DNA from: an uncultured Planctomycetota bacterium
Lineage (GTDB): Bacteria > Planctomycetota > Planctomycetia > Isosphaerales > Isosphaeraceae
Length of the DNA: 64,000 bases
Direction of reading: 5' to 3'
Assembly: GCA_963737655.1 (NCBI GenBank)
Contig: CAVTTN010000002.1
Coordinates: 3,136,001-3,200,000 of the forward strand
Shown piece after piece: positions 30,288 through 40,208 of the stretch (positions are counted from its first letter, which is position 1; every line of letters begins with the position of its first letter). Below the pieces are notes generated by a model that saw only the letters and a list, made by a program, of their open reading frames with translations, was not told the origin of the DNA and ran no database searches. Position numbers and translations under genes: made by a program.

Positions 30288-31775
30288 ATGATCCGATTGA
30301 CCCGCGCCTCGCTGGCGGTGGGAGTGATCCTCGCCCTGACCTCGCCCGCCGCACCGGCCCAGGAATCCTGGGACGCGATCTATCTCGGCGGCTCGAAGGT
30401 CGGCCACACTCACGTGACCATCGAGCCCGTGAAAGACAAGGCGGGGCGGAGCCTGGTCCGGGTCCGCGTCGATTGGGACCTCACGTTCCGTCGCGGCAAG
30501 AACCACGCGCGGATGAAGCTGATGTACGGGACGATCGAGACGCCCGACGGCGAGGTCATCCGGCTCGACACCCGCACCCACGCCGCCCAGAACGACGATC
30601 GCACCTATGGCGACGTCAAGGACGGCGCCATGGTCCTGATCCACGAGAACGGCGGCAATCGCCAGCAGGAACGGATCGCCTGGGGCCCCGAGGTCCGCGG
30701 GCCTTATGGCTCCGAGCTCAGCCTTTCGCGGAAGCCGATCGCCCCGGGCGAGGCCCGCGAGGTCAAGACGTATATCCCCGACCTGAACAAGGTTTGCGTC
30801 ACGAGGCTCGTGGCCAAGGACAAGGAGCCGGTGCCGATCGGCCAGGCCGGGGAGAAGCGTGAGCTGCTCCGCGTGGAGCAGGCCGTCCTGGGCGAGGACG
30901 GCAAGCCTCTTCCCGGGATGACCTCGACCCTCTGGATCGACGCCTCGGGCCAGATCCTCAAGAGCCATACCGACTTATTCGGCGGGATGGAGACCTTCCG
31001 GACCACCAAGGCCGGCGCCCTGGCCGAGGGGAACGATCGATTCGACCTGATGGCCCACGCCGTGCTCCGGGTCAAGGACATCCCGGACCCCGAGAAGAGC
31101 CGGCAAATCGTTTACCGGGTCACCTCGACCGACGACGACCTCGCCAGCGTCTTCCCGAACGACCGCCGACAGGAATACACCCCGGGAACGGTCAAGGGGA
31201 CCGGGACTTTGACCGTCCGGATGGCCAGGATCAACGACGGACTGGCCGATGGGGCCGAGCCGGACCCGGAATTCCTTCGCCCCAACCCCCTGGTCAACAG
31301 CGATGACCCCCGGGTCGTCCGTCTGATGAAGAGCGCGACCAAGGGAGTCCGGGCGGATGACCCCTGGGCCAAATCGGTGGCGATCGAGGATTGGGTGGCC
31401 ACGAACATCAAGGACAAGAATTTCAGCACCGCGTTCGCCTCGGCCGCCGAGGTCGCCAAGAACCTTCAGGGGGACTGCTCCGAGCACAGCGTCCTGGTGG
31501 CCGCGATGTGCCGTGCCGCCGGCGTTCCCGCTCGATGCGTCGTCGGCGTGGTCTACTCGCCGAACCTCGGGGGGTTCGGGCCTCACATGTGGAACGAGGT
31601 GTTCGTCAACGGCCGATGGGTCGCGATCGACGCGGCGTTCCATCAGTCGGAGGTCGATGCGACCCATCTCAAGCTGTCGGCGACGAGCCTCGACGGCGTG
31701 GCGCCGTTCCAGGCGTTCCTGCCCGTGCTGAAGGTGTTCGGCCCGCTGTCGCTGGAGCCGATCGAGATCCGCTGA
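30288..31775 (+). CDS. Secreted transglutaminase-like (Cys-His-Asp) protein
   Basis: Signal peptide, GDCSEHS, CRAAGVPAR, HMWNEV, WVAIDA. Confidence 0.85.
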   Translation: MIRLTRASLAVGVILALTSPAAPAQESWDAIYLGGSKVGHTHVTIEPVKDKAGRSLVRVRVDWDLTFRRGKNHARMKLMYGTIETPDGEVIRLDTRTHAAQNDDRTYGDVKDGAMVLIHENGGNRQQERIAWGPEVRGPYGSELSLSRKPIAPGEAREVKTYIPDLNKVCVTRLVAKDKEPVPIGQAGEKRELLRVEQAVLGEDGKPLPGMTSTLWIDASGQILKSHTDLFGGMETFRTTKAGALAEGNDRFDLMAHAVLRVKDIPDPEKSRQIVYRVTSTDDDLASVFPNDRRQEYTPGTVKGTGTLTVRMARINDGLADGAEPDPEFLRPNPLVNSDDPRVVRLMKSATKGVRADDPWAKSVAIEDWVATNIKDKNFSTAFASAAEVAKNLQGDCSEHSVLVAAMCRAAGVPARCVVGVVYSPNLGGFGPHMWNEVFVNGRWVAIDAAFHQSEVDATHLKLSATSLDGVAPFQAFLPVLKVFGPLSLEPIEIR

Positions 31776-31917
31776 ACGGGCCGTTTGCGGATAATCCGAG
31801 AGGGCCCCGGATTTTACTCGCCGTGATCCCCCCCGCCCGTTCGCTTGTTACAATAGGGACGGGCCGGGCGGATCGGCCGATCTGCCCGGCCCCGAGCCCC
31901 AGCCTTTTGAGGGGACC

Positions 31918-33363
31918 ATGGAACGGCACATCCGGCGGAACCTCGCGCTCCTCGCTCTGGCGGCCCTGAGCGGAGGCCCAGCCTGGGGGCAGGCGGCCCC
32001 CCAGCCCGTCGCCACCCCGCAATCTCAGACCAGGCCGGCCGCGACGGAACCGACGGCCCAGGAGATCGCCATCCTCCAGGCGCTCGTGGCCAACCCGGTC
32101 ACGGCCCCCTATCGGTTCGTCACGGCGATCCGGAATCGCCGGATCATCCTGGCCGGGCGGGTCGGGACGAAGGAAATCCACGACATCGCGATCCGGACCG
32201 CCCTGGCGGTCACGGCGTCGATCGACGACCGCGTTTCGATCGACACGGCCGAGGCCCACCGGGTGGCCGGAATCCCCGCCGCGACCCTGCCGACCTCGGG
32301 GTTCGGGATGCCGTATGGCCCTCTGGCGGGAACGGGTTATGGCAACTATCCTTACGTCTATCCCCAACCCCTCTTCGGCCGGTACGACGACCCGTTCCAG
32401 TGGTTCCAACCGCCGGCGATCAGCTATCCGCCGTTCTGGGGCGGATTGACGAACCTCCGGCGGGCCGAGCTCGGCATGGGGATGCCCGCGACCGCCGGCC
32501 CGGGCATGCCGCCGCAGGGCCCGGGCATCCAGGGGCCCTACCCGGCCGAAACGCCCCCCTCGCCCACTCCGGCGACGCCTTCGACGACCTCGGCGCCCGG
32601 CGGATCGTCCTCGGCGCCGGGCCGGACGATCGAGATGAGCCTGGACCCGCGAGGCGTAGCCGTCCTGCGGGGGACCGTCGATACGATGGCCGACCGGGTG
32701 GCCGTCGGGCAGAAGGTCGCGCAGTTGAACGGCGTCTCGGAAGTGATTAATTTGCTGGCCGTTGCGGACGAGGCGGCGAACGGGCCCGCGACGACGGTGC
32801 AGGTCGGGGGGGCCGTCCCTCCGGCCCCTCCTCGGCCGGCGGACGACCTCAACGCGCCTCCCCTCGCCCTGATCCCGCCCGGAGACGCCGGCGCCCCGGC
32901 CGGAGGCGGCGACCCGATCGACCGCAGGCTCGCCCAGGCCCTGGCGAAACGTCCGGCCCTGGCAGGGGTTGGGGTCAAGTCGTCGGTCGTTGACGGCGTG
33001 GCTCACCTCTCGGGCAAGGTGCCGTCGGTCCTGGAGGCGATGATCGCTTATCGGGCCGCCCAGCAGACGCCCGGGGTCCGCTCCATCATCGATAACCTGC
33101 AATTCACCGTCCCCGACGAGCCGGGCAAGAACCCGCTGGTGGACAAGGGCCGACCCGAGGACGTGGAGCCATACCTGGAAGCCCAGGTCCGCCGCCAGGT
33201 CGGCGACGAGGCGCACATCGACCGCGTGCGGGTCGTCGGCGACCGCGCCGAGATCAAGGGGACCGTGCCCCGGGCGGACGACCGCCCCCGGATCGAGGCC
33301 ATCTTGCGGTCGATGCCGGTCCTCCGCGGGTTCAAGGTGCAGACCGACCTCCAGGCGGAATGA
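31918..33363 (+). CDS. Secreted multi-BON domain protein with Pro-rich linkers
   Basis: Signal peptide; repeated LxGxV...GVxxVxNxL BON patterns. Confidence 0.8.
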   Translation: MERHIRRNLALLALAALSGGPAWGQAAPQPVATPQSQTRPAATEPTAQEIAILQALVANPVTAPYRFVTAIRNRRIILAGRVGTKEIHDIAIRTALAVTASIDDRVSIDTAEAHRVAGIPAATLPTSGFGMPYGPLAGTGYGNYPYVYPQPLFGRYDDPFQWFQPPAISYPPFWGGLTNLRRAELGMGMPATAGPGMPPQGPGIQGPYPAETPPSPTPATPSTTSAPGGSSSAPGRTIEMSLDPRGVAVLRGTVDTMADRVAVGQKVAQLNGVSEVINLLAVADEAANGPATTVQVGGAVPPAPPRPADDLNAPPLALIPPGDAGAPAGGGDPIDRRLAQALAKRPALAGVGVKSSVVDGVAHLSGKVPSVLEAMIAYRAAQQTPGVRSIIDNLQFTVPDEPGKNPLVDKGRPEDVEPYLEAQVRRQVGDEAHIDRVRVVGDRAEIKGTVPRADDRPRIEAILRSMPVLRGFKVQTDLQAE

Positions 33364-33384
33364 TCGGTTGTGCGGAATGGTGGG

Positions 33385-33436
33385 AAAATGGTGTCAGATC
33401 GATTTTTGAAGTTAAAAATCGATCTGACACCATTTT
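33385..33436. repeat. Perfect AT-rich inverted repeat (23-bp arms, 6-nt spacer)
   Basis: AAAATGGTGTCAGATCGATTTTT-GAAGTT-AAAAATCGATCTGACACCATTTT. Confidence 0.9.
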
Positions 33437-33605
33437 GCGCCATTTCCTCCGCCCTGGTGTTGCGGGAATTGCAACGGTTTTGACCTTGATTGAAAATCCG
33501 TCCCGGGCGTAGGATGCCGCCGCAACTTCGGGCCGGGCTCGGAATGGCGTCCGAGTCGGGGGCCCAAGTCGAGGGACGACGTCAAAGGGAAGGAACCCGG
33601 ATCGC

Positions 33606-35636
33606 ATGATCGCCAACAAGGATGGTGGCGTCGGCCGTCGGGCGGCGACGACGGGCTTTGGGCGGCTGACCCGCGGCCTCGCCGACGAGGTCCAGACGGC
33701 CCTTCAGTCGTGCCAGGCCCATCTCCTCGACACCCAGCACGCCGACGGCTACTGGGTGGGCGAGCTCGAAGGGGATACGATCCTCGAATCCGAGTACGTC
33801 CTCTTGATGGCCTTCCTCGGGCGCCACCGCGACGAGGTTTGCATCAGGGCCGGCAAGTATCTGGACGGGCACCAGCTCGAATCCGGGGGCTGGGCGATCT
33901 ATCCCGGCGGCCCGGTCGATCTCAGCGCCTCGGTCAAGGCGTACTTCGCGCTGAAGCTGGTGGGCCTGGACCCCGATCACCCGTCGATGGTCAAGGCCCG
34001 CAAGGCGATTTTGGAGGCCGGCGGGGCCCAGGCGTCCAACAGCTTCACCCGGTTCTACCTCGCCCTGCTCGGGCAGATCTCCTACGACGAATGCCCGAGC
34101 GTCCCGGTCGAGCTGATGCTCCTGCCGAAGAAGATCGGCGTGAGCCTCTACGACATGTCCTCGTGGACGAGGAAGATGGTCGTCACCCTGGCGATCATCT
34201 CGGCGAAGAAGCCGGTCCGCCAGGTGCCCGAGGGGCTGGGCATCCCCGAGCTGTTCCGGGCCGACCTCCCCATGAGGCCCAACCGCTGGAAGAGGCCGGT
34301 GGTCTGCTGGTCCAACTTCTTCCTGGGCGTGGACAAGGCCCTGAAGCTGTTCGAGAAGGTCGTGCCCGAGTCCTGGAGGGACCCGAGCGTCCGCCGGGCC
34401 CATCGCTGGATCCTCGAGCACCTGGAGAACTCCGACGGCCTCGGCGCGATCTTCCCGCCGATGATCTACACGGTGATCGTCCTGAAGTGCCTGGGCTACG
34501 ACGACCACTCGCCCCTGATGACCTGGTCGCTGGAGCATCTCGAAGACCTCCTCCTGGAGGAAGACGGGGCGGTCCGGGTCCAGCCGTGCCTGTCCCCGGT
34601 CTGGGACACCGCGCTGACGACGATCGCCCTGGCCGATTCGGGCCTGCCGTCGTTCCATCCGGCGATGATGAGGGCGGTCCGATGGCTGCTCTCGAAGGAG
34701 GTCCGCCGGCCCGGGGACTGGCAGATCAGCCGGCCGGGGGTCGAGCCGGGCGGCTGGTTCTTCGAGTTCAACAACGAGCTTTTCCCCGATATTGACGACA
34801 CCGCGATGGTCCTCCTCGCCCTGAAGAGGACCGCCCTGGCCGACGATCCCGAGGTCCTGGCCGCGACCGATCGCGCCGTCAACTGGCTGCTCGCCATGCA
34901 GAACCGCGACGGCGGGTTCGCGGCCTTCGACGTGGACATCGACAATCAGGTGCTCACCAAGGTCCCCTTCGCCGACCACAACGCGATGCTCGACCCGAGC
35001 TGCGCCGACATCACCGCGAGGGTGATCGAGGCCCTCGGCGGCCTGGGCTTCTCCCGGGAGCATCCGGCGATCTCCCGGGCGATCGACTACCTCTGGACGA
35101 CCCAGGAACCCGAGGGGTGCTGGTACGGCCGATGGGGCGTCAACTACATTTATGGGACGTGGCAGGTGCTCCTCGGCCTGGAGGCGATCCAGTTCCCGAT
35201 GGGGCACCCGAGGCTCCAGAAGGCGGCGGACTGGCTCGAATCGGTCCAGCAGGGCGACGGGGGCTGGGGCGAGGGCTGCCAGAGCTACGACGACCCGTCG
35301 TTGAAGGGGGTCGGGGTCACCACGGCCTCCCAGACCGCCTGGGCCGTGATGGGGCTGATGGCCGCCGGCCGATCGCGGTCGGACTCGGTCCGCAACGGCA
35401 TTCGCTACCTCGTCGAGACCCAGAACGCCGACGGCACCTGGGACGAGACCGAGTACACCGGCACCGGCTTCCCCCGGGTCTTCTACCTCCGCTATCACAT
35501 GTATCGGCTGTACTTCCCCCTGCTCGCCCTGGCGCGGTACAAGTCCGTGGTGGGTCGGTCGGTGCCGGGGACGAACAGCTCGGTCCCGGCCCTGGCGACC
35601 CGCGTGCCCGCCCTGCCGTTGTGGCGGGATGTCTGA
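33606..35636 (+). CDS. shc: Squalene-hopene cyclase
   Basis: DIDDTA catalytic motif, QW repeats (QNRDGGF, QQGDGGWGE, QNADGTW), WYGRWGVNYIYGTW, TGTGFPRVFYLRYH. Confidence 0.95.
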   Translation: MIANKDGGVGRRAATTGFGRLTRGLADEVQTALQSCQAHLLDTQHADGYWVGELEGDTILESEYVLLMAFLGRHRDEVCIRAGKYLDGHQLESGGWAIYPGGPVDLSASVKAYFALKLVGLDPDHPSMVKARKAILEAGGAQASNSFTRFYLALLGQISYDECPSVPVELMLLPKKIGVSLYDMSSWTRKMVVTLAIISAKKPVRQVPEGLGIPELFRADLPMRPNRWKRPVVCWSNFFLGVDKALKLFEKVVPESWRDPSVRRAHRWILEHLENSDGLGAIFPPMIYTVIVLKCLGYDDHSPLMTWSLEHLEDLLLEEDGAVRVQPCLSPVWDTALTTIALADSGLPSFHPAMMRAVRWLLSKEVRRPGDWQISRPGVEPGGWFFEFNNELFPDIDDTAMVLLALKRTALADDPEVLAATDRAVNWLLAMQNRDGGFAAFDVDIDNQVLTKVPFADHNAMLDPSCADITARVIEALGGLGFSREHPAISRAIDYLWTTQEPEGCWYGRWGVNYIYGTWQVLLGLEAIQFPMGHPRLQKAADWLESVQQGDGGWGEGCQSYDDPSLKGVGVTTASQTAWAVMGLMAAGRSRSDSVRNGIRYLVETQNADGTWDETEYTGTGFPRVFYLRYHMYRLYFPLLALARYKSVVGRSVPGTNSSVPALATRVPALPLWRDV

Positions 35637-35757
35637 GCCGCCCGCGATCAGTCTCCTCGGACGCAAGTTCCTTCGGGCCCGACGGATCGGGCCCCGCCCC
35701 CTGGACGCTCACCGACCGCGGACCCTCTCGCGGCGCCCTTCCTCTGGAGGAGGATCG

Positions 35758-36759
35758 ATGCGATTCCCTTTGAGCATGACCCTCTCGATCGCCGGCTACG
35801 TGGCCAAGAAGAAGGTCACGAGGGCCAAGCGGTTCCCGATGGTCCTGATGCTCGAACCGCTCCACGCCTGCAACCTGACCTGCACCGGCTGCGGCCGGAT
35901 CCGCGAGTACGAGACGTCCATCAAGCAAAAAATGTCGATCCAGGAATGCCTGGACGCCGTCGATGAGTGCGGGGCGCCGGTCGTCTCGATCTGCGGGGGC
36001 GAGCCGATGATCTACCCGGGGATCGGCGAGCTCACGGCCAAGATCCTCGAGCGCAAGAAGAGCGTGATCCTCTGCACCAACGGCATGTTCATCGCGAAGA
36101 AGATCGCCGAGTTCAAGCCGTCCAACCGCTTCTTCTTCAACGTCCACCTGGACGGGATGAGGAAGACCCACGACATCGCCGTCGAGCGCGAGGGGGTGTT
36201 CGACTCGGCCGTCGAGGGCATCAAGGCCGCGAAGGCCGCCGGGTTCCTCGTCTGCTCGAACACGACCGTCTTCAAGGAGACGGACATGGCCGAGCTCGAC
36301 GACCTCTTCGCCTTCCTGACGGGCCTGGGCGTCGACGGCTTCATGATCTCCCCCGGCTACAGCTACGCCGCGGTGGACTCCAAGGAGATCTTCATGAGCC
36401 GCGAGGACATCCGCGAGAAGTTCCGCGCCGCCGATTCGATGTTCAAGAAGTACAAGTTCAACACCTCGCCCATCTTCCTGGAGTTCCTCCAGGGCAAGCG
36501 CGAGATGAGCTGCACCGCCTGGGGCAACCCCACCCGGAACATCAAGGGATGGAAGGGCCCGTGCTACCTGATCACGGACATCCATCACAAGACGTTCGAC
36601 GACCTCTTGAACAAGACCCCCTGGGACAAGTACGGTCACGGCAAGGACCCCCGGTGCGAGAACTGCATGGTCCACTCCGGGTTCGAAGCCTCCGCCGCCC
36701 TCGGCGTCAACGGCAAGCTCGGCGACACCTTGAAGATGATCAAGTGGCAGTTCACGTGA
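35758..36759 (+). CDS. hpnH: Hopanoid radical SAM adenosyl-hopene transferase
   Basis: FPMVLMLEPLHACNLTCTGC, CTAWGNPTRN, DPRCENCMVHSGFE; follows shc. Confidence 0.9.
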   Translation: MRFPLSMTLSIAGYVAKKKVTRAKRFPMVLMLEPLHACNLTCTGCGRIREYETSIKQKMSIQECLDAVDECGAPVVSICGGEPMIYPGIGELTAKILERKKSVILCTNGMFIAKKIAEFKPSNRFFFNVHLDGMRKTHDIAVEREGVFDSAVEGIKAAKAAGFLVCSNTTVFKETDMAELDDLFAFLTGLGVDGFMISPGYSYAAVDSKEIFMSREDIREKFRAADSMFKKYKFNTSPIFLEFLQGKREMSCTAWGNPTRNIKGWKGPCYLITDIHHKTFDDLLNKTPWDKYGHGKDPRCENCMVHSGFEASAALGVNGKLGDTLKMIKWQFT

Positions 36760-36840
36760 GCGAAGCCACGCCCGATCGGGGAAAGGCTGGAGAAATGGGT
36801 TTCAGGTTGCTTCGGAGAAATCCCGGGCATGGAGAGCAAG

Positions 36841-36914
36841 CGAGTAGGTCCGACTTCAGTCGGGCCTACAAAAAAGTCTTGTTGTGCAGGCCCGACTGAA
36901 GTCGGAGCTACTCG
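36841..36914. repeat. GTAG-family REP doublet (family B)
   Basis: CGAGTAGGTCCGACTTCAGTCGGGCCTAC ... inverted GGCCCGACTGAAGTCGGAGCTACTCG; single copy at 58735-58766. Confidence 0.8.
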
Positions 36915-37006
36915 ATCGACCGCTTCGATCGGGTTTTTCTCCAGAGCAACCTGACACCGATCTCGCCGCCATTTCCCCCGCCCAATGTCCCCAAGGTTCG
37001 GCCGGC

Positions 37007-37768
37007 ATGACTCAATCCCGGCCCTTGCCCGTGGCGCCTCCTCCGGTCCCGGCCGACGTGGGACTGGTGGCGGCGCTCTGGATCGAGGTGGGGCCTCTCC
37101 TGGCTAAGCTCAAGAACGTCCGCAAGTATGCGAATGGGCGGCAGACGATCGTCGAGGGGCTGCTCGGCGAGAAGATCGTGGCGGCGATCGTCGGCGGCCC
37201 GGGGGTGAAGGCGGCGAGGAAGGCCACCGGGCTCCTGCTCGCCGGCCATCGTCCGAAGTGGGTGCTCTCGGCCGGTTTCGGCGGGGCGCTCGACCCGTCG
37301 CTGAAGCTCGGCGACCTCGTCTTCCCGACCGAGGTCCTCGACCGGGACGGCCCTCGATACGCGATCGACGTCTCGCTCGGACCCGACCCGTCGGGCCGGA
37401 CTTCCACCGGACGGCTCGTCACGGTCGCCGAGATCATCCGCACGGCCGCCGAGAAGGCCGCGCTTCGCGAAGCGACGGGCGCCGTGGTGGTGGACATGGA
37501 GACGGCCGGAGTCGCGGCGGTCTGCCAGGAACGCAACGTCCGCCTGATGGCCGTGAGGGTCATCAGCGACGAGGCCGGGACCGACCTTCCTCCCGAAGTC
37601 CTGGCCATCCTCGGGCGATCGGGCGGCTATCGGGTGGGCGCGGCCCTCGGGGCGATCTGGAACCGGCCGTCCAGCCTGAAGGACTTGCTGGGACTCCGCG
37701 ATTCGGCCAGGAAAGCCGCCGATCGGCTCGCCTCGGTCTTGCCCGAGGTCATCGCCCGGCTGCCGTGA
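37007..37768 (+). CDS. hpnG: Nucleoside phosphorylase/nucleosidase family protein, probable hopanoid-associated HpnG
   Basis: SAGFGGALDP, VDMETAG, RVISDEA; lies in the shc-hpnH cluster. Confidence 0.7.
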   Translation: MTQSRPLPVAPPPVPADVGLVAALWIEVGPLLAKLKNVRKYANGRQTIVEGLLGEKIVAAIVGGPGVKAARKATGLLLAGHRPKWVLSAGFGGALDPSLKLGDLVFPTEVLDRDGPRYAIDVSLGPDPSGRTSTGRLVTVAEIIRTAAEKAALREATGAVVVDMETAGVAAVCQERNVRLMAVRVISDEAGTDLPPEVLAILGRSGGYRVGAALGAIWNRPSSLKDLLGLRDSARKAADRLASVLPEVIARLP

Positions 37769-37792
37769 TCGACGCGATCCGATGCTCGCTCG

Positions 37793-38794
37793 TCAATCCT
37801 GGCGAGGTCCGGCCAGCCCCACCAGGAGGTTTTCCAGGATCACCCGAGGCGGGAGCTGCGAGAAGCCCTTGAGGTCCAGATCGGCTTTTAAAAGCATTTC
37901 CGGGAGTCGATCGACCCGGCCGGGCCCGAGATGCGCATGTTGCTGGAGCGTCTTCTCGACGGCCCCGGAGAAGATTCCCGCCTCGCGACACGCCTCCCGG
38001 CCGTCCTTTCGCAATCGGCGCAAGGTTCCGGCGTGGTAGACCTTGCGCAACGAAAACGTCATCGCCGCCAGGAGGGCGATCGGCGCCTCTCCCGAGGCGA
38101 TCAGGGCGTCGAGCGAGCGCACGGCCTCCGCGCCCCGACCCAGGGCCGCCGCGTCGAGAATTCCCCAGATTTCCTGGACTCGCCCCGATCCCACCATCTT
38201 GGCCACGTCGTCCGACGAGATCCGGTCGCGGGTGCCGACGTAGGTCGCGAGCTTCTCGACCTCCGAAACCAGGAGGCCGACCTCCGGGCCCACGAGGTCC
38301 AGCAGCAGGGCCGACGCCTCCGCATCCATCTTCTTGTCGTGCAAGATTTTGGCGAGCGAACCCAGCCATGCGGGCAACTCGCGTTCCTTGGGCGCCGAGC
38401 AGTCGATCGCCAGCCCCATTTTTTCCACGATCTTCGCCAGCTTGGTATTGCCCGGCCAGGTCTTGACCATCAAGACCAGCACCCCGGACTTCGCGGGCTT
38501 CTCGGCATACGCCTCGAGTTCCTTGCGATGGGCCGTTACGAACGGGTCGGCATTCTCGACGATCGCCACCCGGCATTTTGCCAAAAAAGGTAAGGTGCGG
38601 ACGTCGTCGAGGACGTCGGCCAGGGAGGCGGAGTCTCCCGGGTAGCGCGAGACCGAGAAGTCGTCGCCCTCCGCACCGATCGCGCCGTGAACGACCGCCG
38701 ACAGGGCTTCTCGCCGAAGGTAGGCATCGTCGCCGAGCACCGCATACACGGGGCGGCTCGGGCCGGGCGATCGGAGGAAATCGAGGGCAAGCAT
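37793..38794 (-). CDS. holA: DNA polymerase III subunit delta
   Basis: VYAVLGDDAYL, TLPFLAKCRVAIV, EVEKLATY, LLKADLDLKG. Confidence 0.85.
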   Translation of the reverse strand: MLALDFLRSPGPSRPVYAVLGDDAYLRREALSAVVHGAIGAEGDDFSVSRYPGDSASLADVLDDVRTLPFLAKCRVAIVENADPFVTAHRKELEAYAEKPAKSGVLVLMVKTWPGNTKLAKIVEKMGLAIDCSAPKERELPAWLGSLAKILHDKKMDAEASALLLDLVGPEVGLLVSEVEKLATYVGTRDRISSDDVAKMVGSGRVQEIWGILDAAALGRGAEAVRSLDALIASGEAPIALLAAMTFSLRKVYHAGTLRRLRKDGREACREAGIFSGAVEKTLQQHAHLGPGRVDRLPEMLLKADLDLKGFSQLPPRVILENLLVGLAGPRQD

Positions 38795-39000
38795 GGAGTC
38801 CGTCCGTGGTACGGGAGCGACGACCCGCGGATCGCGCGGACGAATGCGGATCATATCAATCCATGGCTTCGAGGAGTACCCCGAGTCGCCGGACTCAAAT
38901 CCCCGCAACGCGAACGGAGCAAGCCCCAGGAGGGCCGGAATCCGTCGCGCTCTTCGGAGGAAGAATCACGAGATTGATGAGGAACTAGAAACCTCGGCAA

Positions 39001-39140
39001 CCGCAGATTTCGCAGCTTGCTCAAGCCGGACTTCCGGCTGTATCCTCTGCAAAATCCCTTGATTTGTGACGGGTCGAGACTCTCTTCATCACAAGCATCA
39101 ATCCGTTCCTCTCATCTGCGGTCCTCTGCGACATCTGCGG
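39001..39140. repeat. Imperfect 15-bp inverted repeats flanking about 110 bp (MITE/REPIN-like)
   Basis: CCGCAGATTTCGCAG at 39001-39015 versus CTGCGACATCTGCGG at 39126-39140, 14 of 15 complementary. Confidence 0.5.
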
Positions 39141-39162
39141 ATCGCATCCTTTGTCCCGTGGT

Positions 39163-40027
39163 TCACCCAAAATACGACCGATCGCGGCGGTCCCACTCGT
39201 CGTATTCCAGGAGATCGTAGAGTTCGGCGCGGGTCTGCATCCGATCCACCACCGAAGCCTGAGTTCCCTGGTCGCGGATCGCCCGGAGCGTGTCTTCGGC
39301 CGCTTTCATGGCGGTTCGAAAGGCGGAGAGCGGATAAAGCACGCCCCGATACCCCATTTTGCCGAGTGCTTCGAGAGGAATCAGCGGGCCTCGGCCGAAC
39401 TCGGTCATGTTGGCGATCAGCGGGGCGGAAACAGCCTGGGCGAATTGGGCGAATTCCCCGGCCGATTCGAGGGCTTCGGGGAAGATGGCATCGGCCCCGG
39501 CGTCGAGGTAGAGGCGGGCGCGGGCCACGGCGGCCTGGAACCCCTCGACCGATCGGGCATCGGTCCGGGCCACGATCAGGAACTCGGGGTCTCGCCGGGC
39601 CGAGACGGCGGCGCGGACCTTGGCGGCCATCGCCTGCGGGTCGATCAGCGTCTTGCCGGAGAGGTGGCCGCACCGCTTGGGCAAGACCTGGTCTTCGAGG
39701 TGGAGGCCCGCCGCCCCGGCCGCTTCGATCAGGCGGACCGTCCTCTCGGCGTTGATCGCCTCGCCGAACCCGGTGTCGGCGTCGCAGAGGACCGGCAGCG
39801 TGGTGGCCCGGGCGAGGACCGCGGCGGCCTCGGCGAATTCGGAGAGCGTGAGCAGGCCGATATCGGGCAATCCCGCCCAGCCGGCCGACAAAGCCCCGCC
39901 CGACAGATAAACGGCCGAGAATCCCAGGCGCTCGGCCATCCGGGCGGTGAGCCGCATTGAAGGCCCCGGGGATGGCGATCGCGCCTTCCGACCATGCCGA
40001 TCTCAGCCGTCCCCCTGGCGATCTCAT
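39163..40027 (-). CDS. prpB: Methylisocitrate lyase, frameshift near 39954
   Basis: PGAFNA, LPDIGL, DADTGFG, EDQVLPKRCGH, ARTDA, ANMTEFG. Confidence 0.88.
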
Positions 40028-40208
40028 CGGAACCCTCGACGATCGACGGGCTGGCGGGCGAAAGCCTCATGGTAGCGAGGAGCGCAAAGTTCATCGAGGG
40101 CCCGCCCCGGGCCGGTTTCGATGGATCGCCCCTCGCGGATCATCCGATCATTCATTATCCTGGTCGAATCTCGGCGATCCCTCGTCGTCTTCGGATTGGG
40201 ATGGCAAC

